In this document: positions 19,320 to 29,590 of the stretch, piece by piece
Numbering within the stretch: position 1 is the first letter of the stretch
Layout: each line of letters opens with the position of its first letter
Source of the DNA: Candidatus Latescibacterota bacterium
GTDB lineage: Bacteria > Latescibacterota > UBA2968
Assembly: GCA_965208125.1 (NCBI GenBank)
Contig: OZ242320.1
Span: 4,576,001 to 4,640,000, forward strand
DNA: 64,000 nt
Reading direction: 5' to 3'
The notes under the pieces: model-generated
Databases searched by the model: none
What the model was told of the DNA's origin: nothing
Seen by the model: only the letters and a program-made list of their open reading frames with translations
Translations under genes and position numbers: made by a program

Positions 19320-20327
19320 ATGAAAAAAGCCATACTCTATGGTCCGCGAGACCTCCGCATTGAAGAGCACCCGCTTGATACGAGCGCGCTTGGCGCTGAT
19401 GATGTCTGGGTTGAAACGCAGATCAGCGCGTTTAAAATTGGGACAGATCGGGGCAATTTTGAAGGCGCTGATCGCGTACCGGGTGCGCCGGATTATCCGC
19501 GATTTGTTGGCGATAGCAATCTGGGTATTGTCCGCGGCATTGGTGCCGAGGTCACGCGTTTTGAGGTTGGCGACCGCGTTGTGGCGACACAGCCGCACCA
19601 ATCTGAATACATCATAAGCCAGTTTGGTGACATCTTCAAAATACCCCCTGATGCAGATGATGAAGATGCTGTGTATGCACACCTCTATGCGCTCAGCGCA
19701 CATTGTTATCACAAAGCATTATTTAGACCCGGCGAAAATGTCGCCGTTGTTGGTCTGGGTGTTCTCGGCCTGGGAGCAGTCGCTTTAGGTCCTTTGTTTG
19801 GTGCCCGCGTCGTTGGGCTTGGAAATAGTTCCATCAGGTTGGATATGGCAAAGCAAATGGGTGCTCAGGCGGCTTATTTATCAGACGATCCAGACCTCGA
19901 AGAGAAACTCGACGTTTTTACAAATGGAAGAGGCATTGATCTGGTTATTCTTACGGCGAATCCCTGGCCGGCTTTCAGGACATCTGTTGAAATTGTGCGG
20001 CCAAATGGTCGGGTCTCTATTGTCAGTCTTCTGGGGCGGGGCGAACCGCCGCTTGATTTTAATCCTCTGGCAATGGAATGGTTTTACGCCAAGGGGATAT
20101 CTCTGATTGCCGTGCATGGAGAAGATGCCCAATTATATCCGCATGCCGATGCATCGGGTCATTTGGGGCATTGCGATCACGTTCTTTCTCTTATGGCACA
20201 AAAAAAACTTCAGCCCAGCCGTCTTATTACGCACCGTTTGCATTACACGGAAATGGTCCAGGCTTATGAAATGGCCTACGCGCGTGAAAAATCCATGCTG
20301 GGTGTCATATTTAACTGGCGGGAATAG
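19320..20327 (+). CDS. MDR-family dehydrogenase (YcjQ-like sugar dehydrogenase)
   Basis: GroES-like N-terminus, GDRV, GLGVLG, LITHR; lacks canonical Cys/GHE zinc ligands. Confidence 0.82.
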   Translation: MKKAILYGPRDLRIEEHPLDTSALGADDVWVETQISAFKIGTDRGNFEGADRVPGAPDYPRFVGDSNLGIVRGIGAEVTRFEVGDRVVATQPHQSEYIISQFGDIFKIPPDADDEDAVYAHLYALSAHCYHKALFRPGENVAVVGLGVLGLGAVALGPLFGARVVGLGNSSIRLDMAKQMGAQAAYLSDDPDLEEKLDVFTNGRGIDLVILTANPWPAFRTSVEIVRPNGRVSIVSLLGRGEPPLDFNPLAMEWFYAKGISLIAVHGEDAQLYPHADASGHLGHCDHVLSLMAQKKLQPSRLITHRLHYTEMVQAYEMAYAREKSMLGVIFNWRE

Positions 20328-20330
20328 GCT

Positions 20331-21662
20331 ATGTCACACGATGTCACAAAATCGTTAGAACTGTATAAGAAAGCGGGAGAACGCATTCCGGGTTGGACAC
20401 AACTCATCAGCCGGAGAGCCGATCGGGTTGCAAATGGGGTTAGTCCTCTCTATGTCGCGCGATCAAAAGGCGCGCGATTTGTCGATGTTGACGGCAACGA
20501 GTATATCGATTGGATTCGCGCTTTGGGGGCTATTATTTTGGGCTATGCAGATCCCGTTGTCGATGGTGCTGTAAAAAAGCAGATCGATCTGGGCAGTCTG
20601 CATTCTATGAATAGTGCGCTCGAAATTGAGCTTGCAGATGAGTTGATCAATACCATACCGAGTGCTGAAATGGTGCGCTATACCAAAGGGGGAGGGGAAG
20701 CCTGTGCAGTGGCTGCGCGTATTGCTCGGGGTACGACAAACCGAGATGTCATCCTTTTTTGCGGTTATCACGGATGGCACGATTGGTACCAATCGGCAAA
20801 TTATCTCGTCGATCCCGAGAGTGGAGAATATCCCTTTGCCGGTATTGAACCGATCGGTGTGCCGCGTGCTCTGGCGGGAACGGCGATTCCATTTACCTAT
20901 GGCGATCTCGATATGCTCGGCCGTTTGTTGAACGAATATCAGGGCGAGGTTGCCGCTGTTATGATGGAGCCAGCCCGGTCTGAGTGGCCCGAAGAGGGGT
21001 ATCTCGAAGGGGTCAAAGAGCTTGCCCGCAGGCACAGCGCTTTGCTCATCTTCGACGAAGTCTCCTGTGGCTGGCGCGAGTCTATTGGCGGTATGCAGAA
21101 ATATTTGGGTGTTACGCCAGATATCACGGTGATTGCCAAAGGCATGTCCAATGGGTATCCGATGGGGGCTGTTGTTGGATCGCGCGAGGCGATGGAACCC
21201 GCCAAAGCGATGTTTATTTCCAGTTCGTATTGGAGCGATAATATCGGTCCGATTGCGTCGCTGACCACCATCCGCGAACTCAAAAGGCGAGATAGCGAGA
21301 CACACCTATCCGAAATGGGTCAAAAAGTAGCCAGGGTAATTGACGAAGCCGTCTCATCTGCTGGTCTTTCGGGATCGTGCAAAGGGTTTCCCGCAACGCC
21401 CAATCTGGTGCTCGATTTGCCCGATGAGGCATTGCGTGGCAAGGTTCAGACGCTTTTTATTCAGGAGATGGCTCGCCGAGGTGTGCATTGTTACATGGGT
21501 TTTGGTCCTACGCTTGCACATACCGAAGAGGATGTGCGTATTACTGCTGACGCGGTTGAAGCCTCTTTGCGCGTCATAAAGCAGGGGCTTGAAAATGATT
21601 CTATCGACGATCTGCTCATTTGTGATCTATATTCGGAACCCTTCCGCCGGATTGTTCGATAA
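20331..21662 (+). CDS. Class III PLP aminotransferase (GSA-aminomutase-like)
   Basis: DVDGNEYID, GYHGW, FDEV, AKGMSNGYP. Confidence 0.9.
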   Translation: MSHDVTKSLELYKKAGERIPGWTQLISRRADRVANGVSPLYVARSKGARFVDVDGNEYIDWIRALGAIILGYADPVVDGAVKKQIDLGSLHSMNSALEIELADELINTIPSAEMVRYTKGGGEACAVAARIARGTTNRDVILFCGYHGWHDWYQSANYLVDPESGEYPFAGIEPIGVPRALAGTAIPFTYGDLDMLGRLLNEYQGEVAAVMMEPARSEWPEEGYLEGVKELARRHSALLIFDEVSCGWRESIGGMQKYLGVTPDITVIAKGMSNGYPMGAVVGSREAMEPAKAMFISSSYWSDNIGPIASLTTIRELKRRDSETHLSEMGQKVARVIDEAVSSAGLSGSCKGFPATPNLVLDLPDEALRGKVQTLFIQEMARRGVHCYMGFGPTLAHTEEDVRITADAVEASLRVIKQGLENDSIDDLLICDLYSEPFRRIVR

Positions 21663-21673
21663 AGGAGTAAAAA

Positions 21674-23971
21674 ATGGCATTGACAATTGACGAAAGGCCC
21701 GCACAGCCGGGAGAATGGGGATTTAGACCTGAAAATGTGACGACAGAGGAGACGCCACCGGCATTTGTGTGGCGCCCGCAGGAGAATGCTGCGAGCTATG
21801 ATATCCAGTGTGCGCGGGGCGCGGATTTTTCAAAGGTCGCATACGAGGCTAAGAGCGTGACATATACGGTTCACCGCCCGGCAGAAGTGTTTGAACCGGG
21901 GCAGTGGTACTGGCGGTTCCGATTTGTCGATAGGGGAGGAAAGGTGTCGGAGTGGAGTTCGGGGCGCGCTTTTGTGATTGACCAGAATGCAAAAGCATTG
22001 CCCTTGCCCAAACGCAGTGAATTGATTGGGCGCATCCCAAAGAGCCATCCGCGCCTGTTTGTGCGTCCAGAGGATTTGGATAGCTTGCGCACACGGGCAC
22101 AGGGAGATCTGAAATCGATTTACGACGATCTGGTCGCAACATGCGAAGATATTCTGGCTGATATGCCATCTACGAAAGAACCGCCCCTGTATCCCGAAGG
22201 GACTGTTGTTCTGAGTGAGGAATGGCGGGAGATCTGGTGGGGAAATCGGATGTACACGATTCGCGTGTTAAACAGCGCGGCGACGCTGGCTTTTACGCGG
22301 CTTTTGGGTGGGCAGGATCACTACGGTGAGAAGGCGAAAGAACTGCTGCTGGCGTGTGCCAAATGGGATCCCCTGGGGGCGACAGGCTATCGGTATAATG
22401 ACGAAGCGGGTATGCCTTATAATTACTATTTTTGCCGCACTTATACGTTTGTGAACGATTTGTTGAGCGAAGAAGAGCGCGATATATGCCGGGCGGTGAT
22501 GAAGGTGCAGGGGCAGGAAATGTACGACCATCTGGCGACTGAGATGCGCTATTTGTGGCATCCTTATGGCAGCCATGCCGGTCGTGCCTGGCATTTTTTA
22601 GGTGAAATTGGCGTGGCATTTTTGGATGAGATTCCCGAGGCGGAAGAGTGGGTGTGGTTCGCTATGAATGTGTTTGGTGCTGTGTATCCCGCGTGGTGCG
22701 ATGAGGATGGCGGCTGGCACCAGGGATTGCAATACTGGGACAGTTATGTTCAGCGCTTTACGTGGTGGGCAGATATCATGCAGGCGGCAATGGGAATTGA
22801 TGCATATTGCAAACCGTATTTTGCGCGTGCTGGCGATTTCCCGATGTATTTTCAGCCTCCCGGTACGCGGGGCGGCGGCGTGGGCGATTTGACGACGACG
22901 AGAATGTCGGATCAGAATTGCAGTTTGATGCGAACGCTGGCGGCTCAGGCGCGCAATCCATATTGGAAGTGGTATGTGGATATGCACCCGAAGAAAGTGA
23001 AAGAGGAAACGAGAGAGCGTCGGTTGGATGCCGTGGGTGCCGGGCGGTCGCTCTATATCGATTTTGTGCGGGGTGCATTACCAGAAGTGCGCGCGAAAGC
23101 ACCGGTGGATTTGCCTTCTTCAAAATGTTTTCGCGGTACGGGGTTGGTGGCGATGAATTCGGCTTTGACGGATGGAAAAAACAATGTGTCGGTCATTTTT
23201 AAGAGCAGTTCATTGGGGTCACAGAGTCACGGTTTTGACGCGCAAAATTCGTTTTCGCTATTTGCTTTTGGCGAGCGTTTATTGATCCACACGGGGGAGC
23301 GCGATATTCACGGTAGCGACCACCACAAGAACTGGATGCACCATACAAAATCAACCAATTGCATTGGGATAAACGGCGAGAGTCAGTTGCGCAACCAGGC
23401 TGCATCGGTGGGTGAAATTCTGGATTTTCAAACGTCGGATGTATTTGATTATGTGGCTGGTGAAGCCGCTCCGGCTTATGGGGGTAAGCTGAAAAAATTT
23501 ACGCGGCAGATTTTGTTTGCCAAACCCGATGTGGTGATGATTTGCGATACGGTGGTGGCACAGGAGGCTGCGATATTTCAGTATTATTTGCACGCCGAAA
23601 CGGAAATGAATATCGAGGGACAGACGCTGAAAATCACAACGGGTGATGCTGGTTGTGTGGTGTCTCTGCTGAGTCCAGAAAATTTGAAAATCAGTCAGAC
23701 AGATCAGTTTGATCCACCGCCGAGAGAACGCGTTCAACTTACGGAGTATCACATGACAGCAGAGACACCGATACCGCAAGAAGAAACTGTCTTTATTGCG
23801 GTATTGCGACCGCACAGGGCCGGGGATATGCCCGAAGGCGATCCCGTTCTGATGGACGATGAAACTCTGATGGTGCCATTGCCTGATGGCGAGTTGAAGG
23901 TTTGGGTGGGTGAGACATTGCGCGCTGAGAAAAGAGATCAGAACGGTGCTGTGGTGGCAACGTTGTGTTGA
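21674..23971 (+). CDS. DUF4962 / heparinase II/III-like oligosaccharide lyase
   Basis: N-terminal Fn-like domain (P.FVW...WYWR), HPRLF, GGWHQGLQYW, SHG...QNSF, HTKSTN; no signal peptide. Confidence 0.82.
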   Translation: MALTIDERPAQPGEWGFRPENVTTEETPPAFVWRPQENAASYDIQCARGADFSKVAYEAKSVTYTVHRPAEVFEPGQWYWRFRFVDRGGKVSEWSSGRAFVIDQNAKALPLPKRSELIGRIPKSHPRLFVRPEDLDSLRTRAQGDLKSIYDDLVATCEDILADMPSTKEPPLYPEGTVVLSEEWREIWWGNRMYTIRVLNSAATLAFTRLLGGQDHYGEKAKELLLACAKWDPLGATGYRYNDEAGMPYNYYFCRTYTFVNDLLSEEERDICRAVMKVQGQEMYDHLATEMRYLWHPYGSHAGRAWHFLGEIGVAFLDEIPEAEEWVWFAMNVFGAVYPAWCDEDGGWHQGLQYWDSYVQRFTWWADIMQAAMGIDAYCKPYFARAGDFPMYFQPPGTRGGGVGDLTTTRMSDQNCSLMRTLAAQARNPYWKWYVDMHPKKVKEETRERRLDAVGAGRSLYIDFVRGALPEVRAKAPVDLPSSKCFRGTGLVAMNSALTDGKNNVSVIFKSSSLGSQSHGFDAQNSFSLFAFGERLLIHTGERDIHGSDHHKNWMHHTKSTNCIGINGESQLRNQAASVGEILDFQTSDVFDYVAGEAAPAYGGKLKKFTRQILFAKPDVVMICDTVVAQEAAIFQYYLHAETEMNIEGQTLKITTGDAGCVVSLLSPENLKISQTDQFDPPPRERVQLTEYHMTAETPIPQEETVFIAVLRPHRAGDMPEGDPVLMDDETLMVPLPDGELKVWVGETLRAEKRDQNGAVVATLC

Positions 23972-24005
23972 GCCTCGCGGGTCTCTGGAAAGAAGAGGGT
24001 GAGAG

Positions 24006-25181
24006 ATGGATGAAATACGCATTGGTATTGCCGGATTGGGCCGTCGTTCCCAACACTGGATTCGCACCTTGCTAAAGATACCGGGCTACCGCATCACGGC
24101 ACTATATGACTGGATTGAGCCGCTGCATGATCGGGCGCTATCCCTGATCGAGTACCGGAACGATGTGGTGGTTTTCAGAGATTACGAGGATTTTCTGGCC
24201 TATGAGGGTATGGACGCAGTCGGTTTGGTCGTTCGCCGGAAGGACCAGGGGACAATGGCGGCGCAGGCTCTGGAGGCTGGCAAGCATGTGAATATGGAGG
24301 TTCCCGCCGCGCATACAATGGAGGATTGCTGGCGGATTGTGACGGCGGCGGAACGCACGGGACGGGTCTATCAGCTTGCGGAACAGACGCGCTACTGGGG
24401 GTTTGTCGATGCCTGGCGGGACATGGTGGCTGAAGGACGGTTGGGGCGGGTGACCTATTGCGAGGGGCAGTATATCGGATATTACGGCACTCGCCAGTTT
24501 TTTCAGGACTATAAGACAGGCGAGCAGTGCAGCGTGGAAGAGCTTTCGGCGCATCCAGAGGCAGAGCCTACGTGGCTGCACTTGATGCCGCCGATTCACT
24601 ATCTGCCGCACGAGTTGAGTCCGATGCTGAAGGTTCTGGACGACCGGGTAATTGAAGTAACGGCGATGAGTACCGCGTCGCCCAGCTATTCGCATCCAGA
24701 GATCGATCAACCAGATATTCAGGTCGCCTTGATGAAGACTGAGAAAGACAGGCTGTTGCGGATGGCGACCGGGTTTACGCAGAAAATTCCGAGTCGTCGA
24801 GGACATCACTGGTACCAGATCATTGGGACGAGGGGATGCGTGGAGTGGAAGCGGTCTGAAAAGGGGTGCCCCCTGATGTGGCTGGCGGATTCCCAGATGC
24901 ACGATCTGGCTGAAGTAGATTGGCGGTTCGAGCGCACGGACGCGCCTTTAGAAGCGCAAGGCAGCGGCCATGGGGATGCAGACTATTACGTCCACACCAC
25001 TTTTTGGAATGCCGTGGTTAAAAATAAGCCTCTGGAGTTCGATGTGTACAGGGCGATGGAGACAGCGGCACCTGCGGTTTTGGCTGCAGAGTCCATTGCC
25101 CGGGGAACCGAGCTGATGAAAGTTCCGAATTTTCGTTCAGACGGGTCGCGGGCTCCCGGGCAGATGCCAGAAGGAGTCTGA
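24006..25181 (+). CDS. Gfo/Idh/MocA oxidoreductase
   Basis: RIGIAGLG, AGKHVNMEVP, C-terminal GHGDAD. Confidence 0.88.
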   Translation: MDEIRIGIAGLGRRSQHWIRTLLKIPGYRITALYDWIEPLHDRALSLIEYRNDVVVFRDYEDFLAYEGMDAVGLVVRRKDQGTMAAQALEAGKHVNMEVPAAHTMEDCWRIVTAAERTGRVYQLAEQTRYWGFVDAWRDMVAEGRLGRVTYCEGQYIGYYGTRQFFQDYKTGEQCSVEELSAHPEAEPTWLHLMPPIHYLPHELSPMLKVLDDRVIEVTAMSTASPSYSHPEIDQPDIQVALMKTEKDRLLRMATGFTQKIPSRRGHHWYQIIGTRGCVEWKRSEKGCPLMWLADSQMHDLAEVDWRFERTDAPLEAQGSGHGDADYYVHTTFWNAVVKNKPLEFDVYRAMETAAPAVLAAESIARGTELMKVPNFRSDGSRAPGQMPEGV

Positions 25182-25183
25182 GC

Positions 25184-26890
25184 ATGCGTGTCGGCATCTT
25201 ATCCGACGGACCTGATCTTTCGGCTTACCTTGACGAGATTTTCAATACCTGGGGATTGGTCCTGTGCGAGATGGTGGGACCAGATAGGATTTCAGAACTG
25301 GATCCCGAAGATGTGCCAGTTGTGGTTTGCCCTGCGTCTCAAAGTAGCTGTTCTCTGGTTGATTTCGCACGCCGGGGTGGGATAGTGATCTGTTTTCTGC
25401 CTGAGGGTACTCTGGCCGAGGCAGCCGGACTTGTGTATGAGGGGGAAAAGGAAGCGCCACTGCGGTTGCGTGCTACCGCGTACCCGGCTGCGGGCATGGC
25501 GGGAGAGCGATTTCCAATCGTGGGTCCTGCAAATAACTATAGCCCAGCGCCCGGGGTTCAGGTGTTGGGCTATTTTTCATATACAGACCGCTATAAAGGA
25601 GAAAGTGTCGGGATTACAGAAACTGTGGTCGGGCGAGGGAGGATCGTGGCGTTCGCGTTTGATCTGGCTCTTTGTGTCCTGTTGCTGCGGCAGGGCGATC
25701 CGAACCGCGCCGAGGTGGTTCCCGAGGGCACAGGGTGCGCCCGCCCGTCCAGTCTGGCGATTGATATCGGGCCTTCGGATTCCGGCTGGGTTCCCTTTGC
25801 CGACTTGCTTGCCAGGCTTTTTGTGGATACGGTGCGGCGTTACCTGCCGGGGCCTGTGCCGCTTCTGTCGCATCTGCCGGGGACGGCACCCGGCATACTC
25901 CTTTATTCCGGTGATGAAGATAATGCGGATGTGGCGAGCAATGATGCGGAATTCGAGTGTGTGGCAGCCGCAGGCGGGCGCATGAATCTCTATATTATTC
26001 CGAATAGGACAAAATCTACGGCGCTGGATGTGGAGCGATATCGCGTCCAGCACGATGTGGGACCGCACCCGAATCTCCGACCGCTGGACGGATGCTCTAT
26101 ATCGGAACGTTTGGCAGAGTTTGAACAGCAGATCCGAATGTTTCAAGACCAGTTCGATACGCCCGCGCGATCCCTTCGAAACCACTGCACAGCATGGGCC
26201 GGGTATCTGGAACCAGTCGAGGTTATGGAGAAACTGGGTGTGGGTATGGATGGGAATTATTTTTCCGGCACGTATGGATATAGCCGAGAAGATGCGCCGT
26301 ATGCTGCGTTTGGAGGCGCTATGCCGATGCGTTTCTGCTGGCCAGATGGTCGGGTGCTCAATGTTTTCCAACAGCATACGCAGCTTGCAGACGATATTAT
26401 GTTCGGGACCGCAGACTATTCCTACCGGCTATCTCCGCAGGTTTTTGCCGCCATGCTGGACCGGATTTTCGTGGATATCGAGACCCGCTTTCACACGCCC
26501 TACGGGGTGTGCATCCATCCTGGCAACTGGGTGAGGTTTTCTCGGCCTCAAGGACGGGAATTGCTTCGCCAGGCGACTGAGAGGCGATTTCCCATCTGGT
26601 CTTTCGACGAGTGGCTGACATTCTGGGAGGCGCGCGATACGTGGCGGTTTAATGGAATGGTCCGGCAAGGATGTAGGCTACAATTCGCGATTGAGGGAGA
26701 ACGGTCACACGACGCGCTCTGTCTTGCGATCCCAGTGAAAGATTCGGAGGGATCTCTCGTAGAGATAAAGCTGGATGGGGCGAGTACCGGGTGGCAGATG
26801 GTCCGCCGATATGGTGAGGCCTTCGCGCTTGTGTCTGTACCGGTCGGGAGAACGGCTATGTCGGTTAGTGTTATTTATGGCAGTGTATGA
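25184..26890 (+). CDS. Hypothetical protein with a polysaccharide-deacetylase/NodB-like barrel
   Basis: SGDED, VGPHP, RNHC..W.G and IHP motifs in the C-terminal half; fold is inferred. Confidence 0.6.
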   Translation: MRVGILSDGPDLSAYLDEIFNTWGLVLCEMVGPDRISELDPEDVPVVVCPASQSSCSLVDFARRGGIVICFLPEGTLAEAAGLVYEGEKEAPLRLRATAYPAAGMAGERFPIVGPANNYSPAPGVQVLGYFSYTDRYKGESVGITETVVGRGRIVAFAFDLALCVLLLRQGDPNRAEVVPEGTGCARPSSLAIDIGPSDSGWVPFADLLARLFVDTVRRYLPGPVPLLSHLPGTAPGILLYSGDEDNADVASNDAEFECVAAAGGRMNLYIIPNRTKSTALDVERYRVQHDVGPHPNLRPLDGCSISERLAEFEQQIRMFQDQFDTPARSLRNHCTAWAGYLEPVEVMEKLGVGMDGNYFSGTYGYSREDAPYAAFGGAMPMRFCWPDGRVLNVFQQHTQLADDIMFGTADYSYRLSPQVFAAMLDRIFVDIETRFHTPYGVCIHPGNWVRFSRPQGRELLRQATERRFPIWSFDEWLTFWEARDTWRFNGMVRQGCRLQFAIEGERSHDALCLAIPVKDSEGSLVEIKLDGASTGWQMVRRYGEAFALVSVPVGRTAMSVSVIYGSV

Positions 26891-26986
26891 AGCGCGGAGT
26901 TGCTCGGATGAGTCAGAGCGTACCGGGGTTGTCTCTGCCATCCGTTCTTACGCCGCTCGCAGGATTTTTTGTAGGAGGAGATTGCA

Positions 26987-28234
26987 ATGCGTTTTGGAAT
27001 TGCCTGTCGGGATATCGTTCCTCCGTTTCGCACGAGAATGTACGGGTATGGTGCGCGGGTGGACCTCTACGAAGATGTCAACGACCCGTTGACGTTTACA
27101 GCGATTGTGCTGGAAGAGGGGGACCGCCGTGCGTTGTTGGGTGCTGCGGATCTGGGTACATTTCCGAGGCTCGATGAGTTGTCTGGCTTCCTGGGCCAGC
27201 TCGGAGAGATTGTCGGGTGTCCAAGAGACCATATCATGCTGAACTGCTCGCACTCTCACGGAGCCGCGACGGTGTCGGATGAGCGATACAGGGAGTGGTT
27301 ATACGAAAAGATCCGCGAAGCTGTTCAGGAGGCTTCGGAAAACGCGAATGAGGGGACGTTGTGGTACGGCGAAGGCAAGACGAGTTTGCCGTTGAACCGC
27401 CGCCCGGAGCGAGATGGGCTGGTCGTGAATGCGCCCAATCCGAGGGGTACGGTAGATGATCGCATGCGGCTCCTGGTCTTCAGGAAACCAACAGGAGAGA
27501 TTGCTGCGCTCGGGATGTCCGTGGCGTGTCATCCGGTTGCTACAGGGGCACAGCATCTGCTGACAGCGGAGTATCCCGGGGCCTGGAGAACCGCCTTCTC
27601 CAGAGCGTTTGGTCCGGATGTGACGCCGTTTTTCCTGCAGGGAGCGGGCGGAGATATACGGCCCCGACATGTAGCTGAAGGAGATCACTGGCGGGCGATG
27701 AAGCATGCCGAACTTCCCGGCATGGGACGGGAACTTTTGAGGGAGATGTTGAAGATCCTCCTGGAGGCGGACTTCAAACAGATCGACAATCTGACACTTG
27801 CGGGCAAGATCAATCGGGTTGAGGCACCCTGCCAGAGGCTTTATACCACGCGCGAGGAACTCGAGTTGCTGAGGGATCGGGATGGAAGATTTGGTTCTTA
27901 TGCGGAGAAATGCCTGCGGCACCTCGAAGCTGGAGAGAGGGTTCCGGACCGTGCGGAATTTCACGTTCAGACTCTCTGGTTGAACCGGGATTTCGCCCTG
28001 ATCGGCCTCGACGCCGAGCCACTCCACGCTCTGGGCCGGGCCATAGAGGATTCCGTTGCTCCCAGACAGGCGTTGTTCCTGGGATATACGAATGGCTGCG
28101 TTGGCTACGCGATGGATGGGAAGGAGACAGAACGCGGCGGTGGCACGGAGATCGGTACCTATCTTTTCAGGGGATGGTCGGGCCCTCCTGAACCTGGCCT
28201 TGAGAAGTTCCTGGCTGACGCTGTTGTGAAATGA
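26987..28234 (+). CDS. Neutral/alkaline ceramidase-like hydrolase (paralogue 1)
   Basis: MYGYGAR, DPL, SHSHG, NRR, ACHP, FLQGAGGD, GYTNG. Confidence 0.8.
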   Translation: MRFGIACRDIVPPFRTRMYGYGARVDLYEDVNDPLTFTAIVLEEGDRRALLGAADLGTFPRLDELSGFLGQLGEIVGCPRDHIMLNCSHSHGAATVSDERYREWLYEKIREAVQEASENANEGTLWYGEGKTSLPLNRRPERDGLVVNAPNPRGTVDDRMRLLVFRKPTGEIAALGMSVACHPVATGAQHLLTAEYPGAWRTAFSRAFGPDVTPFFLQGAGGDIRPRHVAEGDHWRAMKHAELPGMGRELLREMLKILLEADFKQIDNLTLAGKINRVEAPCQRLYTTREELELLRDRDGRFGSYAEKCLRHLEAGERVPDRAEFHVQTLWLNRDFALIGLDAEPLHALGRAIEDSVAPRQALFLGYTNGCVGYAMDGKETERGGGTEIGTYLFRGWSGPPEPGLEKFLADAVVK

Positions 28235-28265
28235 ATTGTCTCTCAATACACAAGGAGAAAATGCC

Positions 28266-29561
28266 ATGCGTTTCGGTATTGGCCGCAGAGATATTACCCC
28301 GCCGCTTTACACTTATATGCACGGGTACGCAGCAAGGCGAGATACGAACGATGGGGTGAACGATCCCCTGACATTTACAGCGATTGTGATGGAGGAGGGA
28401 GGCCGGCGCGCACTATTGGGTGCTGCGGACATTTGCACATTTCCGAATGACGGGAGCGTGCTTGACTTTCTGAAGCAAGTTGGGAAAGCGATTGGATGTC
28501 CGGCGGCCAACGTGATGCTCAATGCCTCGCACACCCATGGAGGACCGAGGATACCGGGTTCTTCTCGGTATTGGAGAGACTTTCCTTCGCGAACAGTAGA
28601 GGATTACAGAGATCAGCTCTACGCGCAGGTACTGGAGGCCGCCCGCGAGGCTGCGGATAATCTGATGGAAGGGAGCCTCTGGTATGGGGAGGGGAAGACG
28701 CGGCTGCCGATGAATCGGCGTCCGGAGCGGGATGGCCGGGTTGTGAATGCGCCGAATCCGGACGGACCGGTGGACGATCGGATGCAGCTTCTGCTTTTCA
28801 GAAAGGCCACGGGAGAAGCGGCGGCGGTCGGGGTCAAGGTATCCTGCCATCCAGTTGCCACAGGTGCGCAACATTTGATCACAGCAGATTGGCCGGGGGC
28901 ATGGCGTGCGGCGTTTTCCAATGTGTTTGGTCCTGATGTGATCCCGTTTTTCCTGCAAGGGGCGGGTGCAGATGCACGCCCTCGACATGTGGCCGAAGGA
29001 GACCACTGGCGGGCGATGAAGCACGCCGAACTCGCTAAGATTGGCGATGAACTGCTGGCTGAGACCCTGGCGATCCTCACAGGAATGAATCTCCGTCCGA
29101 TAGATAATCTGACGCTGCAAGGGAAGATTAACGTTGTGCAGGCTCCATGTGAGAAGCAATATACTACTCGCGAACAACTCGAATCTTTGAAGGGTGAAGG
29201 CGGACTTCTGCAGCAGTATGCGAAAGCGGGTCTGGAGCGTCTGGATATGGGAGAAGAGATTCCTGATCAAGTGGCGTTTCAGGTTCAGACGCTGTGGTTG
29301 AACCGGGATCTGGCTTTGATCGGTCTGGATGTAGAGCCGCTTTGTGGCCTGGCGAGGACAGTTGAGGAGATAGTTGCGCCAGCGCAGGCGGTTCTTCTGG
29401 GATATACGAATGGCTGTGTTGGTTATACCCCCGATACAGAGGAGATGAAGCGCGGGGGGTACGAGACCGGTAGCTATCTGCCCAAGTTATGGTCCGGGCC
29501 ATTGAAGCCGGGTCTTGAAGATCTGTTTGCGAGTGCTGTTGTTCTCCATGCGGGAAATTAG
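28266..29561 (+). CDS. Neutral/alkaline ceramidase-like hydrolase (paralogue 2)
   Basis: MHGYAAR, SHTHGGP, NRR, SCHP, FLQGAGAD, GYTNG, GGYE. Confidence 0.82.
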   Translation: MRFGIGRRDITPPLYTYMHGYAARRDTNDGVNDPLTFTAIVMEEGGRRALLGAADICTFPNDGSVLDFLKQVGKAIGCPAANVMLNASHTHGGPRIPGSSRYWRDFPSRTVEDYRDQLYAQVLEAAREAADNLMEGSLWYGEGKTRLPMNRRPERDGRVVNAPNPDGPVDDRMQLLLFRKATGEAAAVGVKVSCHPVATGAQHLITADWPGAWRAAFSNVFGPDVIPFFLQGAGADARPRHVAEGDHWRAMKHAELAKIGDELLAETLAILTGMNLRPIDNLTLQGKINVVQAPCEKQYTTREQLESLKGEGGLLQQYAKAGLERLDMGEEIPDQVAFQVQTLWLNRDLALIGLDVEPLCGLARTVEEIVAPAQAVLLGYTNGCVGYTPDTEEMKRGGYETGSYLPKLWSGPLKPGLEDLFASAVVLHAGN

Positions 29562-29590
29562 AAATCTGTGTCAGATAGGAGAAATGACCG

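Noticed and set aside
20331-21662. Calling this gene hemL
   Set aside because: Only family-level similarity; context is not tetrapyrrole synthesis and the SSSYW motif differs from the HemL GT(L/F)SGNP motif.
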